A stretch of 64,000 bases of DNA from Candidatus Eiseniibacteriota bacterium (GTDB lineage: Bacteria; Eisenbacteria; RBG-16-71-46; CAIMUX01; WJJG01). Every line of letters begins with the position of its first letter. The stretch's first letter is position 1. Shown piece after piece: positions 1 through 9,462 of this stretch. The stretch is taken from NCBI GenBank assembly GCA_023129715.1, contig JAGMBO010000055.1:19327-83326 (forward strand). Reading direction: 5' to 3'. The notes beneath the pieces are model-generated. The model did not search any database and had not been told where the DNA came from. It saw nothing but the letters and a program-made list of their open reading frames with translations. Both the position numbers and the translations under genes were made by a program.

Positions 1-50
1 GCTCGGGACTGCCCACGGCAATACCGGAAGCCCCCAGTGGTCTTGGGACA

Positions 51-1157
51 ATGCCCCGCGGCGAGCCGCGCCCAGCCGGAGAGGACGTTTGCATCCTCCA
101 CGACGCTCAGGGACGCCGGATCACCTATGTGCGTGTCTCCCTGACCGACCGCTGCAACTTCCGCTGCCGCTATTGCATGCCCACCGAGGGCATCCACAAG
201 CTCGCCCACCGTGAGATGCTCTCTCTGGAGGAACTCGCCGCACTGATCCGCGTGCTGGTTGCCGAATTGGGAATCGAGAAGGTCCGGATTACGGGTGGTG
301 AGCCGCTCATCCGCCGCGGCGTGATCGACTTCATCACCGCCATCGCCGCGATCCCAGGGCTGCGTGATCTCTCGATGACGACCAACGCCTACTACCTGGC
401 CGGCATGGCCGAGGATCTCTATGCGGCAGGGATCCACCGGCTCAACATCAGTCTCGACACCCTGCAGCCCGAGCGCTTCGCGCACATCACGCTCGTCGAT
501 GGTCTGGCGCAAGTGCTCCAAGGCATCGAGCGCGCCCGGCAGATCGGCTTCTCTCCGATCAAACTCAATACCGTCATCACCCGGGAGAACCTGGACGAGG
601 CGGCCGCCATCGTGCGCTTCGCCATCGCCCGCAATCTTCAGCCCAGATTCATCGAGCTGATGCCCAGCCACGAGGAGTGTGCCACCCAATTCGTTTCCGC
701 TGATGAGCTCCGCAGCCACTTGGCGAGGGAATTCCATCTGGAGCCGGGCCCGCGCTCGAACGAGGTCACGACGCCCTCGAACGAAACCACCACGGGCTCG
801 AACGAGACCACCACCGGCTCGAACGAGGCCACCCCGCGCTTGAGCGACGCGACCGGCGCCGCCGAATGCCACGCCGCCGCCCGCCTCTATCGCCTCGATG
901 GAGGCGAGCACTGCTGCGGGTTCATTGCACCGATGACCCACCCCTTCTGTCATCTGTGCAACCGGATTCGGGTGCGTGGCGACGGCCACATGCTGCCGTG
1001 CTTGTCGGAAGATGTATACTACGACCTGAAGCCATACATCCGCCCGGAGCTGCGGGACCGTGAGTTGATCACCTACTTGCGCGAAGTGCTGGCGGTGAGC
1101 AAGGGCCACACGCCCGCGGCGCGGAGAATCCAGGGGATGTGGAGGATCGGCGGGTAG
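51..1157 (+). CDS. moaA: GTP 3',8-cyclase (radical SAM, Moco biosynthesis)
   Basis: [19 protein letters not shown] (CxxxCxxC), [10 protein letters not shown]-terminal [10 protein letters not shown]...C cluster motif; carries a 4x7-aa repeat insert. Confidence 0.96.
   Translation: MPRGEPRPAGEDVCILHDAQGRRITYVRVSLTDRCNFRCRYCMPTEGIHKLAHREMLSLEELAALIRVLVAELGIEKVRITGGEPLIRRGVIDFITAIAAIPGLRDLSMTTNAYYLAGMAEDLYAAGIHRLNISLDTLQPERFAHITLVDGLAQVLQGIERARQIGFSPIKLNTVITRENLDEAAAIVRFAIARNLQPRFIELMPSHEECATQFVSADELRSHLAREFHLEPGPRSNEVTTPSNETTTGSNETTTGSNEATPRLSDATGAAECHAAARLYRLDGGEHCCGFIAPMTHPFCHLCNRIRVRGDGHMLPCLSEDVYYDLKPYIRPELRDRELITYLREVLAVSKGHTPAARRIQGMWRIGG
756..839 (+). repeat. In-frame 21-bp tandem repeat x4 inside moaA
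   Basis: tcgaacgag-initiated units encode [28 protein letters not shown]. Confidence 0.9.
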
Positions 1158-1206
1158 CCTCGATAAGCGGCAGGCCGACCGGGAACCGCACGACGCGAGG
1201 ACCACG

Positions 1207-1755
1207 ATGGCGATGAATTCGGATAAGAGCAGCCGGGATACCGGCGCCGTCCCGGCTTCGGAGTTTTCCCACCTTGACGACCGCGGCCGGACGCGGATGG
1301 TCGATGTCGGCGAGAAGACCGCCACGGCACGCTTCGCCCGCGCGGCGGGTGAGGTGCGGATGGCGCCAGAGACGATTGCGCGCCTGCACCGGCGTGAGAT
1401 CGCCAAGGGCAACGTCCTGACGATCGCCCAGACCGCCGGAATCATGGCGGCCAAACGGACTTCTGAGCTGATTCCTCTCTGCCATCCGCTGCTTCTCGAC
1501 CATCTGTCGGTTGAGTTCGAGGTTGCCGAGGACCGCGTGTTGATCGAATCTACCGTAAGGCTGACGGGAAGGACCGGCGCCGAGATGGAGGCCCTGACCG
1601 CCGTCTCGGTCGCGGCCTTGACGATCTACGATATGTGCAAGGCGATCGATAGAGGGATGACGATCTCCGCGATCCGCTTATTGGAGAAATCTGGCGGGCG
1701 CTCCGGGCACTTCCGCCGCCGCGGCGAGGGCGAACCCGAAAACACGGTTCATTGA
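1207..1755 (+). CDS. moaC: Cyclic pyranopterin monophosphate synthase
   Basis: [51 protein letters not shown] motifs. Confidence 0.97.
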   Translation: MAMNSDKSSRDTGAVPASEFSHLDDRGRTRMVDVGEKTATARFARAAGEVRMAPETIARLHRREIAKGNVLTIAQTAGIMAAKRTSELIPLCHPLLLDHLSVEFEVAEDRVLIESTVRLTGRTGAEMEALTAVSVAALTIYDMCKAIDRGMTISAIRLLEKSGGRSGHFRRRGEGEPENTVH

Positions 1756-1794
1756 CCCACCGATTGAGACGCCACGAGAGAGGAAAGCAAGACC

Positions 1795-2259
1795 ATGGGG
1801 AACAAGCGCAGGGGAAAGATCCTCGCCGTCTGCACGAGCAGCACTCGCGGTGTCGCCAAGACCCCCGTCGAGGAAATCGAGATCGTGGTCGGCTACGGGA
1901 TCCGTGGCGACGCCCACGCCGGCCACCCCACGCGGCAGGTGAGCTTGCTGGCCGACGAGTCGGCGGAGGTGATGCGGCAGCGGGAAGTCGAGATCGGCCC
2001 GGGCGCGCTGGGCGAGAATGTCGTCACCCAGGGCATCGTGCTCAAGGATCTGCCCACCGACTGCATGCTGCGGATCGGCAAGGATGTCGCCCTCGTGGTC
2101 TCCGAGGTGGGCAAGCAGCAGCAAGAGCCGAACGCGATCCAGGCCGCTGTCGGCGACTCGATCATGTTGACCGAGGGGGTCTTCTGTCGCGTCATCGAGG
2201 GGGGGCGCGTCCGGCCGGGTGATCGGATCGAGGCTGCGCCGGCCGGAAACTCTGATTGA
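1795..2259 (+). CDS. MOSC-domain protein (Cys-less paralog)
   Basis: GDAHAG..RQVSLLA, GENVVTQG, EGVFCRVIEGGRVRPGD; clear paralog of the next gene. Confidence 0.85.
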   Translation: MGNKRRGKILAVCTSSTRGVAKTPVEEIEIVVGYGIRGDAHAGHPTRQVSLLADESAEVMRQREVEIGPGALGENVVTQGIVLKDLPTDCMLRIGKDVALVVSEVGKQQQEPNAIQAAVGDSIMLTEGVFCRVIEGGRVRPGDRIEAAPAGNSD

Positions 2260-2280
2260 GCTGGGCGCCCGCCGCTTCAC

Positions 2281-2380
2281 GAACCGACCCCAGCCACGGA
2301 GCAGCAACCGGCCACGGCCACGGAGCAGCAACCGACCCCAGTCACGGAGCAGCAACCGACCCCGGCCACGGAGCAGCAAC
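2281..2380. repeat. Intergenic 24-bp tandem repeat x4 plus partial
   Basis: Unit GCAACCGACCCCAGCCACGGAGCA with 1-4 substitutions per copy, no spacers. Confidence 0.9.
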
Positions 2381-2393
2381 GGAGTAGCGTGCA

Positions 2394-3461
2394 ATGGCAT
2401 TCTCCCTGGAGAGCCGACACTCCCATGCAACGGTGCTGGCCGTCTGCATTAGTGAGACTCGTGGTGTGCAGAAGACACCCGTCGATGAGATCGCTGTCGC
2501 CCTCGAGCATGGCGTCGAGGGCGACGCCCACGCCGGTGACTGGCACCGGCAGGTGAGCCTGCTGGCCGATGAGTCTGCCGAGATCATGCGCGCCAAGGGC
2601 GTCCCCGTCGGGCCGGGTGGATTCGGTGAGAACATCGTCACCCGCGGCATCGAGGTCAAGGAGCTCCCGCTCGGCACCAGGGTTCGAGTCGGCGAAACGG
2701 CGGTGCTCGAGGTCACGCAACTCGGCAAGACCTGCCACACGCCCTGCGCGATCGGCCGACTGGCCGGTGAGTGCATCATGCCCGTTGAGGGGGTCTTCTG
2801 CCGCGTGCTCAACGCCGGCAAGATCCGGGCTGGAGATCGGATCGACGTCGTGGCACGTCCCGCGGGAGATCCTGCGGAGCCTGCGGCCCGGGGTGGTTCA
2901 GACCAGGCTGGTTTAGGTAACTCCTCGCCGGCTGCGTTTCACACCGCCGTTCTAGTGCTCAGCGACTCCCGATCCGATGGTCGCCGGGAGGAACTCGTCA
3001 TTCCCGCCTGCCGGGAAGTTCTGCAAGGCACTGCCTTCGAGATCACCGAGACCCAGGTTCTACCCGATGAAGAGGCACAGATTGCGGACACGCTGCGCGC
3101 CCTCGTCGCTCGCGGCGACATCGCTCTCATCCTGACCTCGGGAGGCACCGGTCTCGCGCCCCGCGATCGCACGCCGGAGGCGACCCGGGCGGTGATCGAG
3201 CGCGAGGCTCCCGGCTTCGCTGAGCTCCTGCGACTAAAGGGCCTCGAGAAGACCCCGATGGCGGTGCTGACGCGGGGGATCGCGGGCACCGCGGGTCACT
3301 GCCTGATCATCAATCTACCGGGCAGTCCGAAGGCGGTCCGGGAGGGCCTTGAAGTTCTTTTGCCCATCTTGCCGCACGCGCTGGAGACCCTGCTCGGGCG
3401 GGCGAGCGAGTGTGCCAGCCTGCGGAATACGCGCGGAGACAGGCGGACCGAACCCCAATGA
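2394..3461 (+). CDS. MOSC domain fused to molybdopterin adenylyltransferase (Mog/MoaB family)
   Basis: N-terminal MOSC with GKTCHTPCAIG...CIMP; C-terminal LILTSGGTGLAPRDRTPEAT, IINLPGSPKAV. Confidence 0.92.
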   Translation: MAFSLESRHSHATVLAVCISETRGVQKTPVDEIAVALEHGVEGDAHAGDWHRQVSLLADESAEIMRAKGVPVGPGGFGENIVTRGIEVKELPLGTRVRVGETAVLEVTQLGKTCHTPCAIGRLAGECIMPVEGVFCRVLNAGKIRAGDRIDVVARPAGDPAEPAARGGSDQAGLGNSSPAAFHTAVLVLSDSRSDGRREELVIPACREVLQGTAFEITETQVLPDEEAQIADTLRALVARGDIALILTSGGTGLAPRDRTPEATRAVIEREAPGFAELLRLKGLEKTPMAVLTRGIAGTAGHCLIINLPGSPKAVREGLEVLLPILPHALETLLGRASECASLRNTRGDRRTEPQ

Positions 3462-3537
3462 TTCCGGGTTCGCTCGACAAGCAAGTGCCCGCAGGTGTTG
3501 CCAGGGCCACCGCCCCCCCCCAGAATGGAGGTGCACG

Positions 3538-3849
3538 ATGCCGCCGCACAGAGTCGATTTCTCAAGTCTTGCGTGGGAGTCGCCCATGCCGGGTGTCCGC
3601 CAGAAGATGGTCCAGGATGAGTCGCGCCGACTCCGCCTCGTGGAGTACTCGTCTCAGATGGAGCCGCACTGGTGTGAGAAGGGCCACTTCGGGTACATCC
3701 TCGACGGCCGCTTCGAGCTGGAATTCGACGAGGGCAAGACGATCTTCGAGCCTGGAGACGGGGTCTTTATCCCCGACGGCCACGCGCACCGCCATCAAGC
3801 CAGGGTGCTCTCCGACAGCGTGACCGTCGTGTTCGTCGAGAGCGTCTAA
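3538..3849 (+). CDS. Cupin-domain protein
   Basis: Start reassigned to ATG 3538 behind GGAGG; HWCEKGHFGYILDG...GDGVFIP...H cupin pattern. Confidence 0.8.
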   Translation: MPPHRVDFSSLAWESPMPGVRQKMVQDESRRLRLVEYSSQMEPHWCEKGHFGYILDGRFELEFDEGKTIFEPGDGVFIPDGHAHRHQARVLSDSVTVVFVESV

Positions 3850-4006
3850 TCACCCGGAACGCCGGCCCTCGCCTGATCAGCGTGGCCGGCGGCAGTCGTT
3901 CATCGGGATCGATACCCGCATCCCCGGTCGCTATTGCCCGCCGCTCTCCGCGTGCCATACTGGGTGTCGTTCAGGATCCCTTGGATGGACAGGAAGGAGC
4001 TTCAGG

Positions 4007-4837
4007 ATGCCCCAGGCGTGGGACGCAGGAGAGATCGCCAATCAGCGGCGCTGGGACGAGCTCGCCCCGGTCCATGCTAAATCCTATGAGGAGATCCAGC
4101 TTCTCCGAGATGGCGGGATCTCCCTCGATGAGATCGAGCTCGCCGACCTCGGCGCTGTCTCCGGCAAGACGCTGCTGCACCTTCAGTGTCACCTCGGCAC
4201 CGACACCCTGTCCTGGGCGCGCCGCGGTGCTCAGGTAACGGGTGTCGACTTCTCCCGGCGCTCAATCGACTACGCGCGGCAGCTGCAGGCGGAACTCGGT
4301 CTGCGCGCAACCTTCATCGCGGCGAATGTCTACGATCTACCCGACGTCTTGCACGAGCGCTTCGATATCGTCTATACGTCTCGCGGCGTCCTCTGCTGGC
4401 TGAAGGACTTGACCCAGTGGGGTCGACTCATTGCGCGATACCTGAGGCCGGGTGGGATCTTCTATCTCCTGGAATCACATCCCATCTGCAACATCTTCGA
4501 GGACACCCAGCCGGGGCCCTTGAAGATCGCCCACCCGTACTTCCACACGCCGGAGCCGACGATCTGGGATGACGATACGCCCGACTACGCAGACAGCGCC
4601 TACATCCCGCGGAATCCCTCGCACGAGTGGACCTGGTCACTGAGCGATGTGCTCAACGCGTTGCTCCAGGCGGGACTCCACCTGGAGGCGATGCACGAGT
4701 ACGAGCATCTCTTCGACCGTCGATTCCCGGATATGGTCCCGTGCGGAGATCGTTCCTACCGCCTGCCCCAGTATGCCGGCAAGCTGCCGCTGCTCTTCAC
4801 CGTCAAGGCCCGTCTCCTCAAGGCACCGGCCAGATGA
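4007..4837 (+). CDS. Class I SAM-dependent methyltransferase
   Basis: LLHLQCHLGTDTLSWARRGAQVTGVDFS motif I; FDIVYTSRGVLCWL; AAGGAG RBS. Confidence 0.9.
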   Translation: MPQAWDAGEIANQRRWDELAPVHAKSYEEIQLLRDGGISLDEIELADLGAVSGKTLLHLQCHLGTDTLSWARRGAQVTGVDFSRRSIDYARQLQAELGLRATFIAANVYDLPDVLHERFDIVYTSRGVLCWLKDLTQWGRLIARYLRPGGIFYLLESHPICNIFEDTQPGPLKIAHPYFHTPEPTIWDDDTPDYADSAYIPRNPSHEWTWSLSDVLNALLQAGLHLEAMHEYEHLFDRRFPDMVPCGDRSYRLPQYAGKLPLLFTVKARLLKAPAR

Positions 4838-5888
4838 ATCCGCCCCGGCTTCGGAACGCGACCACTTGCTCCAGGCTCTGTCGCGCCTTGCGTTCGACCG
4901 CCTCATCACTGTTGAACGCGTTGTGCGGTGTCAGGATGACATTCGGATGGCGGGAAAGCGCGAGAATCGCCTGCACCTCCCGATCGTCACTTCGCTTTCC
5001 GGTCCGCAGCGAGATGGCCAGCTCGCTTTCTCGATTGTAGACGTCGAGCCCCACGCCGCCCAGATGTCCCTCTTCCACCGCGGCGAGCAGGTCGACCGTC
5101 GGCGACATCTCTCCGCGTGCAATGTTCACGAAGACCGCCCCCCGAGGCATGCGATGCAGCCGGGTCACATCGAAGTAGCCGGTGTTCTCAGGGGTCAGAT
5201 TCATCGAGCAGACCACAACGTCGGCGCGAGGCAGCGCCTCCTCGATCATCTCGTAGTGCACGAACTCGTGTCGTTCGGCCAGATCGACCCCGATTACGGT
5301 CATCTCGAGTCCGCAACCGATCTTGACTAACTCGGAACCGATGTTGCCGACACCAACAACGACGAGCGTCTTCCCGGCGCACTCCCGGCCGGTCAAGCCG
5401 TCACGGTTGAATTCACGGAAGCGCTCTAGCTGCAGCGGCAACCGCCTCAGCAACACCATCCACAGCATCATCGCCTGCTCGGCCACGGCGCGGCTGCAGT
5501 AGAGCGGCAGGTAGCCCGCGGCGGGAACTGCGGCAGAGCCCGGGACTGGTCCGGCGGACGAGCCGGGTGAGGAAACAGACCGCCCTGGAAGGGAAGTGGT
5601 AACGGAGTCCGCGGAGCCACCTACTCCTGGGGCCCCTTCATCGCTGTCGAGATAGCGCCTGAGATGATCGAAGCCGGTGGTGCGCGAGAGGATCGCGCCT
5701 AGCTTCATCTTCCATGCGGCAGGCAACCGCGACTGCGTGCGCACACTGATGAACGCCGCTGGCGGATCCTGATCGCCCGACTCTTGCACGGTCTTCCACG
5801 TGTAGCCTGCCCGAATCTCGGGGGGCAGCAACTTCTTCAGCCAGACAGCTTCTTCCTCGAAAACCTCGTAGAAGTAGACGTCGAACAT
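4818..5888 (-). CDS. D-isomer 2-hydroxyacid dehydrogenase (D-LDH-like)
   Basis: GVGNIG Rossmann motif, NIARG, GLDVY..E, TPHNAF catalytic set; start moved to MFDVYFYE; ~40-aa low-complexity insert. Confidence 0.88.
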   Translation of the reverse strand: MFDVYFYEVFEEEAVWLKKLLPPEIRAGYTWKTVQESGDQDPPAAFISVRTQSRLPAAWKMKLGAILSRTTGFDHLRRYLDSDEGAPGVGGSADSVTTSLPGRSVSSPGSSAGPVPGSAAVPAAGYLPLYCSRAVAEQAMMLWMVLLRRLPLQLERFREFNRDGLTGRECAGKTLVVVGVGNIGSELVKIGCGLEMTVIGVDLAERHEFVHYEMIEEALPRADVVVCSMNLTPENTGYFDVTRLHRMPRGAVFVNIARGEMSPTVDLLAAVEEGHLGGVGLDVYNRESELAISLRTGKRSDDREVQAILALSRHPNVILTPHNAFNSDEAVERKARQSLEQVVAFRSRGGFIWPVP

Positions 5889-6146
5889 CTCGCCTCGCCT
5901 GCCTCCGGCGCGGCGCCGCCTCCGGCCCCGCGGACCGCTTCTCGTCTTCGACGAAACCGAGTTCCACAAGTCGCCCGGCGAGCGCACCCTCGGCCCGGGG
6001 GTCGGTGCGCCGGGTGATGTCGCCACTTCAGCCGCCCCGATCCTCAGCGATCCGCGGGCGAACATCAAGGGCTCGCGCAGGGCGCGAGGCCGCCCGCTAA
6101 CGTTCCCCGCCGATTGTCATCGGCGGCTGTCGCTGCCGTCAGCGGC

Positions 6147-6175
6147 TTGTCCGCTCAATCGCCGGGACCTATACT
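6147..6175 (+). promoter_or_regulatory. Sigma70-type promoter
   Basis: TTGTCC-N17-TATACT. Confidence 0.55.
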
Positions 6176-6282
6176 GTTCCAGCACCGGAGATGCCTGGAA
6201 TCTCTCGCAAGGACAGAATGCGAGACGGCGCACGTACCACGCTAGGAAGGTAACACCTCCCTGGGTGGGAGCCGGGGTAACC

Positions 6283-6411
6283 ATGGACTATCAGCTTCCC
6301 ATCTTCTGGGTCATCTTCCGGCCCATCCGCCGGCCGGCCCATTCCCGCTGGGCCTACGCCGCGGTGCTGACCAAACCTTACGCGGTCGGCTATGCGGGAG
6401 ACTGGTCATGA
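6283..6411 (+). CDS. Unannotated 42-aa small ORF
   Basis: MDYQLPIFWVIFRPIRRPAHSRWAYAAVLTKPYAVGYAGDWS; GGGAG upstream; stop overlaps the next start (ATGA). Confidence 0.45.
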   Translation: MDYQLPIFWVIFRPIRRPAHSRWAYAAVLTKPYAVGYAGDWS

Positions 6412-6989
6412 ATCCCGACACAGACCCCACAGTCCCTGGAAAGGACAGGCCCGCAGAGCCGGCGGAAATGGGGGCGCGACGCGCAGGCACCGTTCCCTCC
6501 CGCCCCACCGGCCGCGAGCTGCCCAGGATCGAACTGCCCCTTGCCGATGACACCATCAGCCCTGAGGCCTTCTCCGGACGGCTTGTTAACCTCTGTCTAC
6601 GCATGCAGTTGCCCGGCCTACCCCGCAAACGCCGCGATCGCGCGATCTTGTTGAAGAGCATCACCATCCTGCTCGATCCCGGGAAGCGCTACACGCAACG
6701 CGAATTCGACGAGGTGCTGAAATCCTGGCTTCACGAGATCGGACGCCGGCTCGAGACCGACCATGCTGCCCTGCGGCGGCATCTCGTCGATGCCGGCTTT
6801 GTCCGCCGTACGCCCGACGGCAGTGCGTATCAGATCGAATCCAGCAGCCGGGTCCGAGTCGCTTTCGCGGGCGAGGTCGATGCACTCGACGTGCGTGCGA
6901 TCATCGCTGCCGGGGCGGCCGACATCGAGGCCCGGAGACGCGCGCATGCTCGTCGACAAGAGGAGGAGAAGCATCCGCCATCACGATAG
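6408..6989 (+). CDS. DUF2087-family protein
   Basis: RYTQREFDEVL...DHAALRRHLVDAGFVRRTPDGSAY matches the DUF2087 wHTH pattern as recalled. Confidence 0.75.
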   Translation: MNPDTDPTVPGKDRPAEPAEMGARRAGTVPSRPTGRELPRIELPLADDTISPEAFSGRLVNLCLRMQLPGLPRKRRDRAILLKSITILLDPGKRYTQREFDEVLKSWLHEIGRRLETDHAALRRHLVDAGFVRRTPDGSAYQIESSSRVRVAFAGEVDALDVRAIIAAGAADIEARRRAHARRQEEEKHPPSR

Positions 6990-7099
6990 CGCCGTGTAGC
7001 GCCGGATCGTGAGGGCTCGCTGACGTCTTCCATCCCGTGCGGGAGGAGTATCGTTGGGGTTCGGGATTCAGATGTTTCGATCAAATGCCTGAGCGTAGG

Positions 7100-7966
7100 A
7101 TGGCCATGCAAGGCCCCGCACTCGTCGACGGGAGGCAGCTCGTGCGCGTTCGCGTCCATGGCAAGACCGGCCCCTGGGTCATCGTGCTGCATGGAGGCCC
7201 GGCGGCGGTCGGAGAGGCCGCCCCGATCGCCCGCGGCCTCTCCGGCGACTTCCGCGTCCTCGAGCCATGGCAACGCGGCAGGGGCGCGGAACCACTGACC
7301 GTCGCTCGCCACATCGCCGATCTCCATGATCTGATCACGACCCGACCGTACGACACTGGCCCGGCCCTGGTAGGCGAATCGTGGGGGGCGATGCTGGCGC
7401 TCGCCTTTGCGGCAGCCCATCCGCGCGCCGCGGGCCCGTTGGTGCTGGTCGGCTGTGGAACGTTCGATACGGTCTCGCGCGCGCGGATGAAGGCGATCCT
7501 GGCCGAGCGCAGCGATGCCCGTCTGCGCCGCCGCCTGGAGCGCCTGCCCGAAGAGTGCGCCGACGAAGGGGAACGGCTCGCCCGGCAGTATGAACTGATC
7601 CAAGGCCTCTATGACTACGACGCCCTACCCAAGGAAGAGGAAGACGAGGGACCGGGCGAGATATTCGACGCTCGGGCCCACGCCGAGACCTGGGAGGACA
7701 TGCTGCGTCTTCAGGAAGAGGGCCTCTACCCGGCGGCATTCGCGGCAATCCGATCTCCGGTTCTGATGCTCCATGGCGCCTACGACCCCCACCCCGGACC
7801 GATGATTCGCCGGAGTCTCGAGCCCCACATCCCGCAGCTCGAGTATCACGAGTGGGAGCATTGCGGGCACAGTCCCTGGCGCGAGAGACTCATCCGCGAC
7901 GAGTTTTTCGCCCTGTTGCAGTCGTGGCTCAGGAAGCGCCTGGCACCCGGTACGACCGCCACTTAA
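7100..7966 (+). CDS. Alpha/beta-fold hydrolase
   Basis: VLHGGP oxyanion motif, GESWG nucleophile elbow, LHGAYD, CGHSPW; start uncertain (7037/7100/7106). Confidence 0.88.
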   Translation: MAMQGPALVDGRQLVRVRVHGKTGPWVIVLHGGPAAVGEAAPIARGLSGDFRVLEPWQRGRGAEPLTVARHIADLHDLITTRPYDTGPALVGESWGAMLALAFAAAHPRAAGPLVLVGCGTFDTVSRARMKAILAERSDARLRRRLERLPEECADEGERLARQYELIQGLYDYDALPKEEEDEGPGEIFDARAHAETWEDMLRLQEEGLYPAAFAAIRSPVLMLHGAYDPHPGPMIRRSLEPHIPQLEYHEWEHCGHSPWRERLIRDEFFALLQSWLRKRLAPGTTAT

Positions 7967-8006
7967 TCTCTGCGCGGTGGCGTACAGATAGACGAGGAAC
8001 TGTGGG

Positions 8007-8093
8007 ATGGAGATCAGGCCTATGCAGCGCGGCGAGTTGCTCGAGATCTGGACCATCGACCGCGCCGAACTCGTCGAGATCGCGCCGCGTTGA
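8007..8093 (+). pseudogene. Probable truncated GNAT acetyltransferase N-terminus
   Basis: GAGGA RBS then MEIRPMQRGELLEIWTIDRAELVEIAPR-stop; resembles the IWxIDRxE start of a GNAT family from memory. Confidence 0.4.
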
Positions 8094-8179
8094 TCCCGGG
8101 GGACGACCCCCGGGCGAAACCGCGGCGGCACCGGGACTCGGCATCCGCTGCGGCCCGCGCTTCGCCGCGAAGGAGACCG

Positions 8180-8905
8180 ATGGGCGGCTACTACACCGAG
8201 AAGCTCTCCGCCGAGCGCCTGCGAGAAGTCTATGCCATCGGATCTCCGGCGGTGCAGGCCTACCTGCAGGGCGAGATCGACTTCGTGCGCGAACGGATGC
8301 GCCCGGGTGATCGCATCCTCGAGCTGGGCTGCGGCTATGGGCGCGTGCTGGAAGCGCTGGCGTCCGGTGGGGCGCGTGGAGCGGGATCCGCGGGTTGCGC
8401 GGTCGAAGACTCGGCGCCCACCGGATCCAGGCTGTGGGGCATCGACACCTCGCTGGCCAGTTTGAAACTCGCGCGCCGATCACCTGGCACCGCCGGAGTG
8501 CGTCTGGCGACGATGGATGCCGGCCGACTCGGCCTCCGCGACGGCGTCTTCGATCTCGTCGCGTGCATTCAGAACGGCATTTCGTCCTTCGCCATCGATC
8601 CCCTGACGCTCATGCGCGAGGCGGTCCGCGTCACCCGCGCCGGCGGCCAGGTGCTCTTCTCCAGCTATGCCGCCCGCTTCTGGCCCCACCGGCTCGCCTG
8701 GTTCGGAGCCCAGGCTGCCCGGGGGCTCTTGGGCGAGATCGATGATCAGGCGACCGGTGATGGCGTCATCGTCTGCAAGGATGGGTTCCGGGCCACGACG
8801 CTCACGCCCGAGGACTTCCGCCGCCTTGCCGGCGCGCTTAGCACCCTCGCCGAGATCCGGGAGGTGGCAGACTCGAGTCTCTTCTGTATCTTGTCGGTAG
8901 ATTGA
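8180..8905 (+). CDS. Class I SAM-dependent methyltransferase
   Basis: AGGAG RBS before MGGYY; RILELGCGYGRVL motif I; FDLVACIQNG. Confidence 0.88.
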   Translation: MGGYYTEKLSAERLREVYAIGSPAVQAYLQGEIDFVRERMRPGDRILELGCGYGRVLEALASGGARGAGSAGCAVEDSAPTGSRLWGIDTSLASLKLARRSPGTAGVRLATMDAGRLGLRDGVFDLVACIQNGISSFAIDPLTLMREAVRVTRAGGQVLFSSYAARFWPHRLAWFGAQAARGLLGEIDDQATGDGVIVCKDGFRATTLTPEDFRRLAGALSTLAEIREVADSSLFCILSVD

Positions 8906-8940
8906 TCTTCAGCGAAGCCAAAGGAAAGAGATCCCGCAAC

Positions 8941-9462
8941 ATGATAACCCAGAGGAGAAACCGTCGCATGTTGGCGCCAACAATCGTGATGGCGGTCATC
9001 ACCATCGCACTGGTCATCGTGGGCTACTCGCGGGGAGCAGGCGAGCACATCGCGGGTCTGCGGATCGGTTGGAGCATGACCATTCAGATCCTACCGCTTC
9101 TGGTGCTGGCCTTCGCGGTCGCCGGGATGGTGCAGGTGCTCGTCTCCCAAGAGCTGATCTCGCGCTGGGTGGGCGAATCGGCGGGCCTGCGTGGCATCTT
9201 GCTGGGATCGCTCGCCGGGGGCCTGGCGCCAGGTGGACCATACGTCAGCTTGCCTCTTGCCGCGGGGTTGATGACCTCGGGTGCCGGCATCGGAACGATG
9301 GTCGCCTTTCTCACCGGATGGTCCCTGTGGGCCTTTGCGCGCCTCCCGATGGAAATCGGCATCCTGGGATGGAAACTGACCGCCGCCCGGCTGGTCTCGA
9401 CCCTGATCTTCCCCCCTCTGGCGGGGATCATCGCGCAGACACTCTTTGGACGGGTGAAGTGA
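8941..9462 (+). CDS. Predicted permease (DUF318/ArsP-like)
   Basis: Multiple TM segments; ISRWVG..AG.RGILLG..AG.L.PGGPYVSLPLAA..GAG motif. Confidence 0.8.
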   Translation: MITQRRNRRMLAPTIVMAVITIALVIVGYSRGAGEHIAGLRIGWSMTIQILPLLVLAFAVAGMVQVLVSQELISRWVGESAGLRGILLGSLAGGLAPGGPYVSLPLAAGLMTSGAGIGTMVAFLTGWSLWAFARLPMEIGILGWKLTAARLVSTLIFPPLAGIIAQTLFGRVK

